DNA of 64,000 nt from Actinomycetota bacterium (GCA_016870475.1 VGBO01000005.1:339-64338); one strand, 5' to 3'; positions 9,572 to 20,041 are shown, numbered from the stretch's first letter. Notes: generated from the letters alone by a model not told the origin. A program made the numbers and translations.

Positions 9572-10384
9572 ATGCACGGTCAGGGCTACGAGCAGATCAC
9601 CTACGAGCGGCGCGACGCCGTCGCGCTCGTCACGCTGAACCGGCCCGACAAGCTGAACGCGTGGACGGGCCGCATGCACCACGAGCTCACCGACGCGGTG
9701 AACACCGCGAACGACGACCCGGCGATCGGCGCCATGGTGTTCACCGGCGCCGGACGCGGGTTCTGCGCCGGGGCGGACATCGGCGGGCAGTTCAAGGCGC
9801 AACTCGACGGCGACAAGGCGCCGCAGACCGGCGCACCCGCCGAGCGCGACAGCGAGGGCCAGGCAACCGACTGGGTCGCGCTGTGCCGCCGCTCCAAGCC
9901 GATGGTCGCCGCGGTCAACGGTGCCGCCATCGGCATCGGCCTCACCCTCATCCTCCCGATGGACCAGCTCATCGCCGGGGAGAGCGCGAAGCTCTCGTGC
10001 CGGTTCGTGAAGATGGGCCTCACGCCCGAACTCGCCAGCTCGCACTTCCTCGTGCAGCGCTGCGGCTGGGGGGCAGCGAGCGACCTCACCCTCTCCGGTC
10101 GGATCGTGCCGGCCACCGACGCCGCCCGGGTCGGTCTCGTCGATCGCGTCGTGCCCGACGCCGACCTCCTCGACACCGCACTCGCGCTCGCAGCGGAGTA
10201 CGCGGCGAACCCGACCCCGCAGCTCCGCATGATCAAGGGGTTGCTGAGCGCCAACGCGGTCGAGACCGACCTCGACGCCGTGCTGCACCGCGAGGCCGAG
10301 GCTCTCGAGGTCGCCTATCGCACGGCGGAGCACCGCGAGGCGGTCGACGCGTTCCTCACGAAGCGGGAGCCGCGCTTCCGCTGA
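9572..10384 (+). CDS. Enoyl-CoA hydratase/isomerase family protein
   Basis: LNRPDKLNA, FCAGADI, AAVNGAAIGIG, KREPRF. Confidence 0.92.
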   Translation: MHGQGYEQITYERRDAVALVTLNRPDKLNAWTGRMHHELTDAVNTANDDPAIGAMVFTGAGRGFCAGADIGGQFKAQLDGDKAPQTGAPAERDSEGQATDWVALCRRSKPMVAAVNGAAIGIGLTLILPMDQLIAGESAKLSCRFVKMGLTPELASSHFLVQRCGWGAASDLTLSGRIVPATDAARVGLVDRVVPDADLLDTALALAAEYAANPTPQLRMIKGLLSANAVETDLDAVLHREAEALEVAYRTAEHREAVDAFLTKREPRFR

Positions 10385-12494
10385 GCGCCGACCGCAGGAA
10401 CGCCACCTGCACCCGGAGGAGGTTCTCGGCGACGACCTCCTGCGGCGTCATGTGCGTCACCCCCGACAGCGGGAGCACCGAGTGCGGGCGCCCCGCAGCG
10501 AGGAGCGCCGAGGAGAACTGCAACGTGTGCGCCACGACGACGTTGTCGTCGACGAGGCCGTGCACGAGCAGCAACGGGCGACGGAGCCGGTCGGCGTCGG
10601 CCAGCAGGCTCGTGCGGCGGTAGTTCGACGGGCGTTCGTCGGGGTGGCCGAGGTAGCGCTCCGTGTAGTGCGTGTCGTAGAGCCGCCAGTCGGTGACCGG
10701 CGCCCCGGCGACGGCGGCGTGGAACACGTCGGGCCGCCGCAGCACGGCGAGCGCTGCGAGGTACCCGCCGAAGGACCATCCCCGGATCCCCACCCGGGTG
10801 CGGTCGAGTCGATCATCGGTGCGACAGAGCGCCTCGAGCGCGTCGACCTGGTCCTCGAGCACGGGTGCGGCGAGATCGCCCCACACCGCGCGCTCCCATG
10901 CAGGACCCCGGGCCGGGGTGCCGCGCCCGTCGGTGACCACGACGGCGAACCCCTGGTCCGCGAACCACTGCGAGGTCAGCAGGTCGTTGCGCGACCGCAC
11001 GACCCGCAGCGCGTGGGGCCCGCCGTAGGGGTCGCAGAGCACCGGGTACGGCGGACGGAACGCTCGGCCACGGGGGAACAGCACGACGCTGCGCAACCGC
11101 CGGTCGCCGACGACGTGGAACGTCGGCCTCGGCACGAGACCCGGGTCCGCGGCGAGGGCCCGCACCGGAACGGTGCGTGACCGGCCGGCCTGCACGTCGA
11201 CCCGGGCGCCGGGCCACCGGAGCGACCGCCGGATCCGCACGAGGATCTCCCCCGCCGCCACACCCGAGCACACCCCGATCCCGTCGGTGAGGCGCCGCAT
11301 ACCTTCGCCGTCCGGTGCGACCCGGTAGAGGTCGGTGGTGGTCGGGTCCTCGGATGCGGCGACGACGAGGTCGTCCCCGAGCGTGCCGAGCAGCCCTCGC
11401 ACCTGCAACCCGACCGGGGTGACCGGCCGACCGTCGACCGCGAGCCGCCGGGTGTCCCCCCGGTCGACGGTCGTGACGAGCGCGGCGCCGTGCCAGCGGG
11501 GCAGCCCCGGGACGAGATCGACCCACCGACGGTCGGTCTGCTCGGCGACGGTGCGGGTCGTGCCACGGTCGGGGTCGACGGTGAGCACGCGGACGCACCG
11601 TTGGTCCCGGGTCTGCACGGCGACCGTGAGCGGCCGGCCGGCCTGCCACCACACGTCGACGAGATAGGGGAACGTGCGGCGGTCCCACCGGACGGGGACC
11701 TGCGCACCGGCGAGGTCGACGACCACCAGTCGGACGTCGGCGTTCGCCGTGCCCGCCTGCGGGTAGCGGTGCGGTGCCGGTGGACGTTCGGGGTGCGCCG
11801 GGTCGGCGAGGTGCCACACGGCCACCGGGGTCTCGTCGACGCGGGCGACCGCGAGCCGCTCGCCGTCCGGCGACCACCAGAACCCGCGCTGCCGCCCCAT
11901 CTCCTCCGCCGCGACGAACTCGGCCAGGCCCCAGGTCACCCCGTCCCGGTCGGGCACGACGATGCTGCGGTCGCGGTCGACGCGGCGCCGCACCCCGTCC
12001 GCGAGCTCCACCACCCGCAACGCCCCGGCCGCCACGTACGCGACCCGCCGACCGGTCGGATCCGGCCGGGGGTCGAACGCCCCGGCAACCGCGGGCAGCA
12101 CGCGGTGCCCACCGGTGCCGACGTCCACGAGGTGGACGGCGCCGTCGAGCGCGACAGCGACCCGGTCGAGCACCGCATCGCCGGCGAAGGAGGTGATGCC
12201 CTCGGCGCTCTCCCGCAGTCGCTCACGGCGACGCAACTCCTCGGCCGTGGCACCGCCCCGCCCCCCGACCGCGAGCGCCGCCGGATCGGCGACGAGGCGC
12301 TCCGCCCCGGACGTTGCGTCGATCTCCCACAGCGCCGTCGACGGGTCGGTGCCGCTGCGACTCCGCAGGAACAGCACGCTGCCGCGCGCCGGCGCAACGG
12401 CGAACGTGCGCGGCTCACCGAGGCTGAAGCGTCGGGTCCTCGCCGAACGACGGGGGAACGACTCGGTCGGCGGGGCAGGACGACGACGATCCAT
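10356..12494 (-). CDS. S9 family peptidase (dipeptidyl-peptidase IV-like)
   Basis: AEFVAAEEMGR, WWSPDG, GWSFGG, YDTHYTERYLG, HGLVDDNV, TH. Confidence 0.93.
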   Translation of the reverse strand: MDRRRPAPPTESFPRRSARTRRFSLGEPRTFAVAPARGSVLFLRSRSGTDPSTALWEIDATSGAERLVADPAALAVGGRGGATAEELRRRERLRESAEGITSFAGDAVLDRVAVALDGAVHLVDVGTGGHRVLPAVAGAFDPRPDPTGRRVAYVAAGALRVVELADGVRRRVDRDRSIVVPDRDGVTWGLAEFVAAEEMGRQRGFWWSPDGERLAVARVDETPVAVWHLADPAHPERPPAPHRYPQAGTANADVRLVVVDLAGAQVPVRWDRRTFPYLVDVWWQAGRPLTVAVQTRDQRCVRVLTVDPDRGTTRTVAEQTDRRWVDLVPGLPRWHGAALVTTVDRGDTRRLAVDGRPVTPVGLQVRGLLGTLGDDLVVAASEDPTTTDLYRVAPDGEGMRRLTDGIGVCSGVAAGEILVRIRRSLRWPGARVDVQAGRSRTVPVRALAADPGLVPRPTFHVVGDRRLRSVVLFPRGRAFRPPYPVLCDPYGGPHALRVVRSRNDLLTSQWFADQGFAVVVTDGRGTPARGPAWERAVWGDLAAPVLEDQVDALEALCRTDDRLDRTRVGIRGWSFGGYLAALAVLRRPDVFHAAVAGAPVTDWRLYDTHYTERYLGHPDERPSNYRRTSLLADADRLRRPLLLVHGLVDDNVVVAHTLQFSSALLAAGRPHSVLPLSGVTHMTPQEVVAENLLRVQVAFLRSALSGSAAPAS

Positions 12495-12583
12495 CGGAGC
12501 GGGAGCCTAGGGGTCGGTACGGCGCAGACGCCGCGCGTGCCTAGTGTGGCGGCGCACCGTCCCCCGCACCCGGAGAGCAGCCG

Positions 12584-13336
12584 ATGGGAACCTGGTACTA
12601 CGCGGTCGACGGCGCCGCCGTCGGGCCGGTCGAGCGGGACGACCTCGTAACCCTCGCCATGGACGGCACGCTCGGGCCCGACACCCAGGTGCTCGACGCC
12701 GGCTCGACGACGTGGCGCACCCTCGCCGAGGCCGAGGACGACCTCGGCGTCGCCTTCCCGTTGTTCGCCGTGCCGGGCACCGCGACCGAGACCGTCCCGC
12801 CTGCGGGTCCTCCGCCGGTCGGCGCGGGGTGGGCGGCACCGACCGCGCCACCGCCGATGCTCCCGCCGCCGGTCGCCGGAACGGGCGTCCGTCTCGCTGC
12901 GTGGTGGCGCCGGGCCGTCGCGTACTGGATCGACTCGCTGCTGTTCTCGATCCCGTTGGCGGTGCTCGTGTTCCCCGACGTCGACGACATCACGACCTTC
13001 GAGCAGCTCGTCACCTACGCATCGACGAGCCGGTTCCTGGCGCTACAGGCCGGTGTCGCCGCTTCATCGCTCGTGTACCAGGTCGTGTTCAACGCACAGG
13101 GCCAGACGCTCGGCAAGCGCCTGCTCGGCATCCGCGTCGAGGACGCGGTGACCGGCTCGCGGATCGGCCTCGGCCGGGCGTTCCAACGCCAGGTGCTCCA
13201 GATCGCAACGCCGTTGTTCGTGCCCTACGTCGGCCAGATCTTCGTGGTGGTCGACAGCCTGTGGCCGCTGTGGGACGCACGCAACCAGGCGCTGCACGAC
13301 AAGATCGCCCGGTCGGTCGTCGTCCGGGTCGGCTGA
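12584..13336 (+). CDS. RDD family membrane protein with N-terminal GYF_2 (DUF4339)-like domain
   Basis: WYYAVDG..VGPV N-terminus, Pro-rich linker, WWRRAVAYWID, GQTLGKRLLGIRV, QALHDKIA. Confidence 0.88.
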   Translation: MGTWYYAVDGAAVGPVERDDLVTLAMDGTLGPDTQVLDAGSTTWRTLAEAEDDLGVAFPLFAVPGTATETVPPAGPPPVGAGWAAPTAPPPMLPPPVAGTGVRLAAWWRRAVAYWIDSLLFSIPLAVLVFPDVDDITTFEQLVTYASTSRFLALQAGVAASSLVYQVVFNAQGQTLGKRLLGIRVEDAVTGSRIGLGRAFQRQVLQIATPLFVPYVGQIFVVVDSLWPLWDARNQALHDKIARSVVVRVG

Positions 13337-13345
13337 GCCGACCGG

Positions 13346-13825
13346 TCAGGCCGGCGGGCGGACGAGCTGGGCCCAGCGCGACGTCACCGCGGTGAGCACC
13401 TCCCCGTCGGGCGAGACGATGCGCCCCTCGACGGAGATCCTGCGGCCCTCCACACCGGTGACACGCGCCTGCGCCACCACGTCGTCGGCGATGGGCACCG
13501 GCCGCTGGTAACGCAACGACAGCTCCGCGGTCACGCAGGGGTCGTCCGTCGAACCGGGTGGCAGCCCGAGTTGCGCGGCGACCCCGCACACCTCGTCGAG
13601 GATCGTCGCCTGGATCCCGCCGTGGACGACCGTGTCCATCCCGCACAGGTGGCGGGGGACGCGCACCCGAGTCTCGACCCAGCCGTCGTCGACCTCACGG
13701 AACCGCAGGCGGAGCCCCTGCTCGTTCGCCTGGCCGCAGCCGAAGCAGTTGCTCACGAGCGACCGGTCGACGACGAAGGTCCCGTCGTCGCCCCGTCGGA
13801 TCCGGTCGGCACGGTCGTCGGTCAT
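13346..13825 (-). CDS. PaaI-family (hotdog) thioesterase
   Basis: CFGCGQAN..GLRL, VVHGGIQATILDE, TAELSLRYQRPVP; ATG at 13825. Confidence 0.88.
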   Translation of the reverse strand: MTDDRADRIRRGDDGTFVVDRSLVSNCFGCGQANEQGLRLRFREVDDGWVETRVRVPRHLCGMDTVVHGGIQATILDEVCGVAAQLGLPPGSTDDPCVTAELSLRYQRPVPIADDVVAQARVTGVEGRRISVEGRIVSPDGEVLTAVTSRWAQLVRPPA

Positions 13826-15258
13826 CGGGTCTCCCGTTCGGCGTGCGCCACGAGCGCATCGGCCATGGCCGCCGTGAGTCGGCGACCGGTCTCGAGGTGC
13901 AGGAACTCGTTCGGCCCGTGCGCATTGGACCCGGGGCCGAGCACCCCGACGATCACGAACTGGGCGGAGGGGAAGCTGCGCTGCAGCAACCCCATCAGCG
14001 GGATGGTGCCCCCCTCGCCGACGTGCCCGAGGGGACGTCCGAACTGCGCGTCGGAGGACGCGGCGAGCGACGACTCGAGCCACGGGGCGATCGGTGGTGC
14101 GTTCCAGCCCGGTCCCGACGCGTCGGGCACCCAGGTCACCTCCGCCCCGAAGGGCGGTTCGACGCACAGCGTCGCCGCAAGCTCGGCGGCGACCGCGTCG
14201 ACGTCCGCGGTGGGCGGCAGTCGCAACGACAACTTGAGCGACGTGAACGGGCGCAACACGTTGCCCGCGACCTCGACCGACGGGAGTCCGTCGGCGCCGG
14301 TGACGTGCAACGCCGGGCGCCAGGTGCGGTCGAGCTCGATCTCCGCCGACGGCCGGGTGCGCACGTCGACACCGGGGAGCAGCGGCAGGGCGTCGATCCC
14401 GTCGCCGACCGCCTCGACGAGCGCCGCCGCCTGCCGGGCGCGCTCCTCGGGGATCTCGACGTTCGCCGAACCGAGCAGCACCCGCCCGGTCGCCGCGTCC
14501 TCGACCCGGTCGAGGAGCATCCGTGCGATCCGGAACGTCGACGGCACCACCCCGCCGACGGCACCCGAGTGCTTGCCCTCGGTAGCGATCCGCACTGTGA
14601 GCGTGCCCGCGACGAGCCCGCGCAGCGAGGTGGTCAACCAGAGCCGCTCGTAGTCGGCGCACCCGGAGTCGAGGCACACCATCAGGCTCGGCGAGCCGAT
14701 CCGCCCGCCGAGCGCCTCGACGTAGGCGGGGAGGTCCGGGCTGCCGGACTCCTCCGACCCCTCGATCAGGATCACGCACCGGGCATGGGCACCACCGGTC
14801 GCCCGCGCCGTCTCGATCGCGGCGAACGAGGCGTACAGCGCGTAGCCGTCGTCGGCCGCGCCACGGCCGTAGAGCCGGCCGTCCCGCAGGACCGGGGTCC
14901 ACGGGCCCAACCCGTCCTCCCATCCCGTCGTCGGCGGCTGCTTGTCGTAGTGGCCGTACAGCAGCACCGTGTCGGTGTCCGGTCCGGCGGCGCCGTCCGA
15001 CGCGGGGACGTCGACGAAGAGCACCGGCGTCCGACCGGGGAGCTCCACGATCTCCACGGTCGCCCCGGGCAACCAGTCGAGCCGGGCAGCGACCCAGTCG
15101 TGCAGGTGCTGCACGGCACGGCGGAGCTCGCCGGTGGTCGCCCAGTCACGGTCGAACGCCGGGGACAGCGCCGGGATGCGCACGTAGTCGACGAGCGACG
15201 GAAGGATCTCCTCGTCCCAGAGGCGGGCCGCGACGGGCATCGTCGTCGTCACGGTCAC
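13822..15258 (-). CDS. M20/M25/M40 metallopeptidase
   Basis: LLYGHYDKQP, LYGRGAADDG, EGSEESGS, CLDSG, GEGGTIP, NAHGPNE; start at GTG 15258 or ATG 15240. Confidence 0.92.
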   Translation of the reverse strand: MTVTTTMPVAARLWDEEILPSLVDYVRIPALSPAFDRDWATTGELRRAVQHLHDWVAARLDWLPGATVEIVELPGRTPVLFVDVPASDGAAGPDTDTVLLYGHYDKQPPTTGWEDGLGPWTPVLRDGRLYGRGAADDGYALYASFAAIETARATGGAHARCVILIEGSEESGSPDLPAYVEALGGRIGSPSLMVCLDSGCADYERLWLTTSLRGLVAGTLTVRIATEGKHSGAVGGVVPSTFRIARMLLDRVEDAATGRVLLGSANVEIPEERARQAAALVEAVGDGIDALPLLPGVDVRTRPSAEIELDRTWRPALHVTGADGLPSVEVAGNVLRPFTSLKLSLRLPPTADVDAVAAELAATLCVEPPFGAEVTWVPDASGPGWNAPPIAPWLESSLAASSDAQFGRPLGHVGEGGTIPLMGLLQRSFPSAQFVIVGVLGPGSNAHGPNEFLHLETGRRLTAAMADALVAHAERETR

Positions 15259-16055
15259 CGCCCGCCGAACTCGGGGGCACGCTTGGCGAGGAACGCGGCG
15301 ATGCCCTCCCGGCCGTCGGCGGTGCCCGACGCCTCCGCGATCGCGAGCGACTCGCGTTCGTAGGCGGCCTCGAGTCCCGAGGACGCCCCCTCGTAGACGA
15401 CCCGCTTCGCGAGCCCGAGCGACCGGGTCGGACCGGCGGCGAGCTGGCGGGCGAGGGTCGTCGCCGCGTCGAGCACCTCGTCGTCGGCGACGACACGGTT
15501 CACGAGCCCCCAGGACTCGGCCTCCACCGCACCGAGCACGCGGTTCGTGAGCACGAGGTCCATCGCTCGGCGGAGCCCCACCACCCGGGAGAGGTAGAAC
15601 GACGACGTCCCGTCGGGCACCATGCCCGCCCGGGTGTACCCCATCGTGAACTTCGCCGACCCACCGGCGACGACGAGGTCGCACGCCGCGACGAGGGACA
15701 TGCCCGCCCCGCCCGCCGACCCGGTGACCGCCGCCACGAGCGGTGCGTCCATCTTGGCGAACCGGCTCATGGCCGCGTGGAAGTCGATGGTGACGTGGTC
15801 GATGTAGGCGGGCAGGTCGTCGCCTTGCTGGGCGAAGGAGCCGAGGTCGCCGCCACCGCAGAACACCTTGCCGGTGGCCGACAGCAGGACCGCGCGGACG
15901 TCGTCGCGGTGGTACAGCCCGACGGCCACGTCGCGCAGCTCGGACGCCATCGTCCGGTCGAGTGCGTTCGCGGCCTCGGGACGATCGAGGGTGATGTGCG
16001 CGAGGCCGTCGGTGACGTCGAGCCGCAGCGCACGGTAGGGACCGGATTCGCTCAT
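15255..16055 (-). CDS. Enoyl-CoA hydratase/isomerase (PaaG-like)
   Basis: LDRPEAANAL, FCGGGDL, GSAGGAGMSL, GMVPDG, DGREGIAAF. Confidence 0.9.
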   Translation of the reverse strand: MSESGPYRALRLDVTDGLAHITLDRPEAANALDRTMASELRDVAVGLYHRDDVRAVLLSATGKVFCGGGDLGSFAQQGDDLPAYIDHVTIDFHAAMSRFAKMDAPLVAAVTGSAGGAGMSLVAACDLVVAGGSAKFTMGYTRAGMVPDGTSSFYLSRVVGLRRAMDLVLTNRVLGAVEAESWGLVNRVVADDEVLDAATTLARQLAAGPTRSLGLAKRVVYEGASSGLEAAYERESLAIAEASGTADGREGIAAFLAKRAPEFGGR

Positions 16056-16116
16056 GGGCACGAACGGTAGCTGCGGGCCGGTTCCCGGGTCTCGGCGGGC
16101 GTGCCATGATGCGCCC

Positions 16117-17115
16117 ATGGCCGCGCCGATCGTGCACAACCGGGACATCGAGTTCGAGTACGGCCGGGTCGACCGGCTCTCCCCGCTGATCCGTCGGGTC
16201 ATCTGCCGCAACCCCGGTCCGTTCACCTACACGGGGACCGGTACGTACATCGTCGGCAACGGACGCGTCGCCGTGATCGACCCGGGCCCGGCACTCGACG
16301 CGCACCTCGACGCCATCGTCGCCGCCCTCGGGCCCGACGAGGAGATCGGCCACATCCTCATCACCCACACCCACTCGGACCACTCGCCGGGCGCCGCGCC
16401 GCTGAAGGCGCGGGTCGGCGCGCCGACCTACGGGTACGGGCCGCACGGCCTCGTCGGCCCTGACGATCCCGACGACAAGGTCGACTTCTCCGCCTACATC
16501 TCCGCCGAGGAACGGGCGACCTACGAGAAGGAGCACGCCGACCTCGACCCGGCCCTCAAGCGTGAGGGCCCGGACCTGGCGTTCGTGCCCGACGAACGGG
16601 TCGGCGACGGTGACGTGATCGCCGACGCGGCCGGCGGGTGGACCCTCGAGGCGGTCTTCACGCCCGGCCACTGCTCGAACCACCTGAGCTTCGCCCTCCG
16701 TGAGGAGAACGTGCTGTTCCCCGGCGATCACGTGATGGCGTGGGCGACCTCCGTCGTCGGGCCGCCCGACGGGTCGATGACCGACTACCTGGCGTCGCTC
16801 CGCAAGCTCCTCCCCCGCACCGAGACCCGGTACTGGCCCTCGCACGGTCCCGCCGTGGAGGACCCGGGCAGCTACGTCCGCAGCTTCCTCGCCCACCGCG
16901 AGGAGCGCGAGGCGCAGATCCTTGCGTTCTTCGGCGAACGGCCCGCCCGCATCGCCGACCTCGTGCCGACCATGTACGCCGCCTACGACAAGCGACTGTG
17001 GTACCCGGCAGCGGCGTCGGTGTACGCGCACGTGCTCGGCATGGTGGGCGACGGTCGCCTCGGCGTGGACGGCGGCGGCGACCCGAAGCTCACGAGCACC
17101 TACCGCCGGGGCTGA
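16117..17115 (+). CDS. MBL-fold metallo-hydrolase with C-terminal winged helix (LACTB2-like)
   Basis: NPGPFTYTGTGTY, THTHSDHS, TPGHCSNH, GDHVMAW, PSHG. Confidence 0.9.
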   Translation: MAAPIVHNRDIEFEYGRVDRLSPLIRRVICRNPGPFTYTGTGTYIVGNGRVAVIDPGPALDAHLDAIVAALGPDEEIGHILITHTHSDHSPGAAPLKARVGAPTYGYGPHGLVGPDDPDDKVDFSAYISAEERATYEKEHADLDPALKREGPDLAFVPDERVGDGDVIADAAGGWTLEAVFTPGHCSNHLSFALREENVLFPGDHVMAWATSVVGPPDGSMTDYLASLRKLLPRTETRYWPSHGPAVEDPGSYVRSFLAHREEREAQILAFFGERPARIADLVPTMYAAYDKRLWYPAAASVYAHVLGMVGDGRLGVDGGGDPKLTSTYRRG

Positions 17116-17162
17116 ACCGAACGCAGGGTGCCCGGGTCGGGGATGCGGCTACGGTGCCGACC

Positions 17163-18044
17163 ATGACCCTCGACATCGGCCGCGTCGGCATCTGGACCGG
17201 CGCTCTCGACCCCCACCCGGCCGGCGCCGTCCGCGACGCCGCCCTCGAGCTCGAGGCGCTGGGCTTCGCGACCCTGTGGATCCCCGAGGCGGTCGGACGC
17301 GACCCCTTCGTGCTGTCGGCGAACCTCCTCGGCGCGACGAGCACGCTCCGGCTCGCAACGGGCATCGCGAACATCTACGCCCGTGACCCGATGACGATGA
17401 ACGCCGGTCAGCGTTCGCTCGTCGAGGCCTACCCGGACCGCTTCCTCCTCGGGCTCGGGGTGAGCCACCTCCACCTCGTCGAGCACGTGCGCAAGCACCG
17501 CTACGACAAGCCGCTGTCGTACATGCGCACCTACCTCGCTGCGATGGCGAAGTCGCGGTACTTCGCCGCGGGACCGGAGGAACAGCCGCCGATCGTGCTC
17601 GCCGCGCTCGGCCCGAAGATGCTCGAGCTCGCCGCCACCGCCACCGCCGGCGCGCACCCGTACTTCGTTCCCGTCGAGCACACGGCGTACGCCCGCGAGG
17701 TGATGGGCCCCGACGCACTCCTCGCCCCCGAGCAGATGGTCGTCCTCGACGCCGATCCGACGTCCGCCCGGGCGACGGCACGGGCGGGCATGAAGATCTA
17801 CACGGACCTGCCGAACTACAAGAACAACCTGCTCCGCCACGGGTTCGTCGAGGACGACTTCACCGACGGCGGGAGCGACCGGCTCGTCGACGCGATCGTG
17901 GCGTGGGGGCCGATGGACCGGATCGTCGAGCGGGTTCGCGCCCACCACGACGCCGGCGCCGACCACGTCTGCGTGCAGGTGTTGCGCCCCGACCGTGAGC
18001 TCCCGCTCGCCGCCTGGCGCACCCTCGCCGACGCCCTGCTCTGA
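17163..18044 (+). CDS. LLM-class F420-dependent oxidoreductase (TIGR03620-like)
   Basis: GRVGIW, ATGIANIYARD, RFLLGLGVSH, AALGPKMLELA, GAHPYFVPVEHT, LAPEQMV, AGADHVCVQV. Confidence 0.9.
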   Translation: MTLDIGRVGIWTGALDPHPAGAVRDAALELEALGFATLWIPEAVGRDPFVLSANLLGATSTLRLATGIANIYARDPMTMNAGQRSLVEAYPDRFLLGLGVSHLHLVEHVRKHRYDKPLSYMRTYLAAMAKSRYFAAGPEEQPPIVLAALGPKMLELAATATAGAHPYFVPVEHTAYAREVMGPDALLAPEQMVVLDADPTSARATARAGMKIYTDLPNYKNNLLRHGFVEDDFTDGGSDRLVDAIVAWGPMDRIVERVRAHHDAGADHVCVQVLRPDRELPLAAWRTLADALL

Positions 18045-18074
18045 CCCGAACCGAACCTGGGGGACCACCACGTC

Positions 18075-19268
18075 ATGTCCACGATCACCGGAACCGTCCA
18101 CCCGCGCTTCTCCGCCGTGCAGGAGGCGTTCGCCCGCAACTTCGACCTGCACGGTGAGGTCGGCGCCTCGCTCTGCGTGACCCTCGACGGCGAGGTCGTC
18201 GTGGACCTCGCCGGCGGCACCGTGACCGCCGAGCCCGACGCCGCACCGTTCGGCCCCGACACCCTCGTCGTGGTGTTCTCCTGCACGAAGGGGCTGTGCG
18301 CGCTCGCCTTCCACCGCCTCGTCGACCGCGGGCTCATCGACCTCGATGCCCCAGTGGCGACGTACTGGCCCGAGTTCGCTACCGCCGGCAAGGAGTCGGC
18401 GACGGTGCGCATGCTGCTCAACCACACGGTCGGTGTGCCCGCCTGGCGTGACCCGGTGCCGCGTGAGGAGCTCTACGACTTCGACGCCATGGCGGCCCGT
18501 TGCGCCGCCGAACCGGCGTTCTGGGAGCCGGGGACCCGCCAGGGGTACCACATGATCAGCTTCGGTTGGCTCGTCGGCGAGGTCATGCGGCGCGTCACCG
18601 GCGACTCGCTCGGCGAGATCCTGCGCCGGGAGATCGCCGAGCCGGCCGGCGCGGACATCTTCCTCGGTCTCCCCGAGGCCGAGGAAGTTCGGGTGTCGCC
18701 GGTCATCCACTTCGTGCCCGACGCGGCGAACCCCTCGGCGATGACCCGGGTGATCCGCGACGACCGCAACTCCATCCCGGCGCTCGCGTTGCTGAACCCC
18801 GGGTTCAACCCGAACCGACGCGAGGCCCACGCCGCCGAGATCGGCGGTGGCGGGGCACTCGGCACCGGCCGGGGCCTCGCCCACGCCTACCGCCCCTTCG
18901 CTACCGGCACCGCCGTGTCGGCGGACACGCTCGCCCGGATGGGTCGGGTGTCCGCAGCGACGATGCGCGATGCGACGCTCGGCATCGGCACGACCTTCGG
19001 CCTCGGGTTCATGACCACGATCGACAACCGGCGCCGCCCCGACGGCGAGGACCGCGACTCGGTGATCCTGTCGCCGACCGCGTTCGGCCACGTCGGTGCC
19101 GGCGGCAGCATCGGCTTCGCCGACCCGGCCGAGCGGCTCTCGGTCGGGTACGCGATGAACCGCCACGGGAACGGCATCCTGCTCAACGAGCGGGGCCAGT
19201 CGCTCGTCGACGCGATCTACCGGTCGCTCGGCTACCGGTCCGACGGAAGCGGCGCCTGGGTGCGCTGA
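18075..19268 (+). CDS. Serine hydrolase, beta-lactamase/family VIII esterase fold
   Basis: FSCTK (SxxK), YWPEF, WEPGTRQGYH, AFGHVGAGGS. Confidence 0.9.
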   Translation: MSTITGTVHPRFSAVQEAFARNFDLHGEVGASLCVTLDGEVVVDLAGGTVTAEPDAAPFGPDTLVVVFSCTKGLCALAFHRLVDRGLIDLDAPVATYWPEFATAGKESATVRMLLNHTVGVPAWRDPVPREELYDFDAMAARCAAEPAFWEPGTRQGYHMISFGWLVGEVMRRVTGDSLGEILRREIAEPAGADIFLGLPEAEEVRVSPVIHFVPDAANPSAMTRVIRDDRNSIPALALLNPGFNPNRREAHAAEIGGGGALGTGRGLAHAYRPFATGTAVSADTLARMGRVSAATMRDATLGIGTTFGLGFMTTIDNRRRPDGEDRDSVILSPTAFGHVGAGGSIGFADPAERLSVGYAMNRHGNGILLNERGQSLVDAIYRSLGYRSDGSGAWVR

Positions 19269-20041
19269 GCGTCCGGCAGCTCGGCCCACCACGCACGCAG
19301 CGCCGCCTCGGCGGATGCCTCGTCGGTGGCCGCCCCGGCACGCTTCAGGTCGAGGAGGTGGCGAACCGCCTGACCGACGAGCGGTCCGGGGGGTAGATCG
19401 AGCAGCTCCATCACCCGACTCCCGTCGATCGCCGGTCGTTCGGCGCTCCGACGGTCCTCCGCCGCGAGCGCCGCGATGCGTTCCTCGAACGCGTCGACCT
19501 GCTCCCGCAGACGGTCGGCCTTCGCCCGGTTCCTCGTCGTGCAGTCGCAGCGCACCAACTCGTTGAGGTCGCCGAGGAGGGCGCCGGCGTCGCGTGCGTA
19601 GCGACGCACCGCGGCGTCGGTCCACCCGCCGGCGTACCCCTTGAACCGCCCGGAGAGGCGGACGAGGTCGGCGACCGAACGGACCGTGGCGTCGTCGTAG
19701 CCCAACGCCCGGAGCCGCCGCTTCGTCATCTTCGCGCCGACGGCCTCGTGGTTCCGGAACGTGACCTCGCCGTCGATGATCGCCCGGGTCGCCGGCTTGC
19801 CGATGTCGTGGAAGAGCGCGGCGAGTCGGAGTACCGGGCGGGCAGGGGTCTTCGCCGTCACGGCGATCGTGTGGGACAGCACGTCCTTGTGCCGGTGGAT
19901 CGGATCCTGCTCGAGCCGCAGCGCCGGCAACTCGGGGACGATGTCGTGCACACGACCGCTGTCGACGAGCGCCCACAGGCCGTCCGTGGGATCCACGGCG
20001 GCGAGCACGGCGTCGAGTTCGGAGCGCAGGTCGTCGGTCAC
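19232..20041 (-). CDS. HD-domain protein resembling the C-terminal half of the actinobacterial CCA tRNA nucleotidyltransferase
   Basis: EQDPIHRHKDV, LAALFHDIGKPAT, HEAVGAKM, WTDAAVRRY, DCTTRN, PPGPLVG; no DxD nucleotidyltransferase head domain. Confidence 0.8.
   Translation of the reverse strand: MTDDLRSELDAVLAAVDPTDGLWALVDSGRVHDIVPELPALRLEQDPIHRHKDVLSHTIAVTAKTPARPVLRLAALFHDIGKPATRAIIDGEVTFRNHEAVGAKMTKRRLRALGYDDATVRSVADLVRLSGRFKGYAGGWTDAAVRRYARDAGALLGDLNELVRCDCTTRNRAKADRLREQVDAFEERIAALAAEDRRSAERPAIDGSRVMELLDLPPGPLVGQAVRHLLDLKRAGAATDEASAEAALRAWWAELPDAQRTQAPLPSDR

Noticed and set aside
13822-17031. Apparent long fusion ORFs in the track (1069 aa here; also 46761..49046, 58465..61212, 27252..29279)
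   Set aside because: The N-terminal extensions are off-frame reads of neighbouring genes; the recognisable domains begin at internal starts.
18075-19268. Beta-lactam resistance genes (this gene, 46761..47996 and the MBL at 16117..17115)
   Set aside because: No signal peptides; the motifs fit cytoplasmic esterases and LACTB2-like hydrolases.
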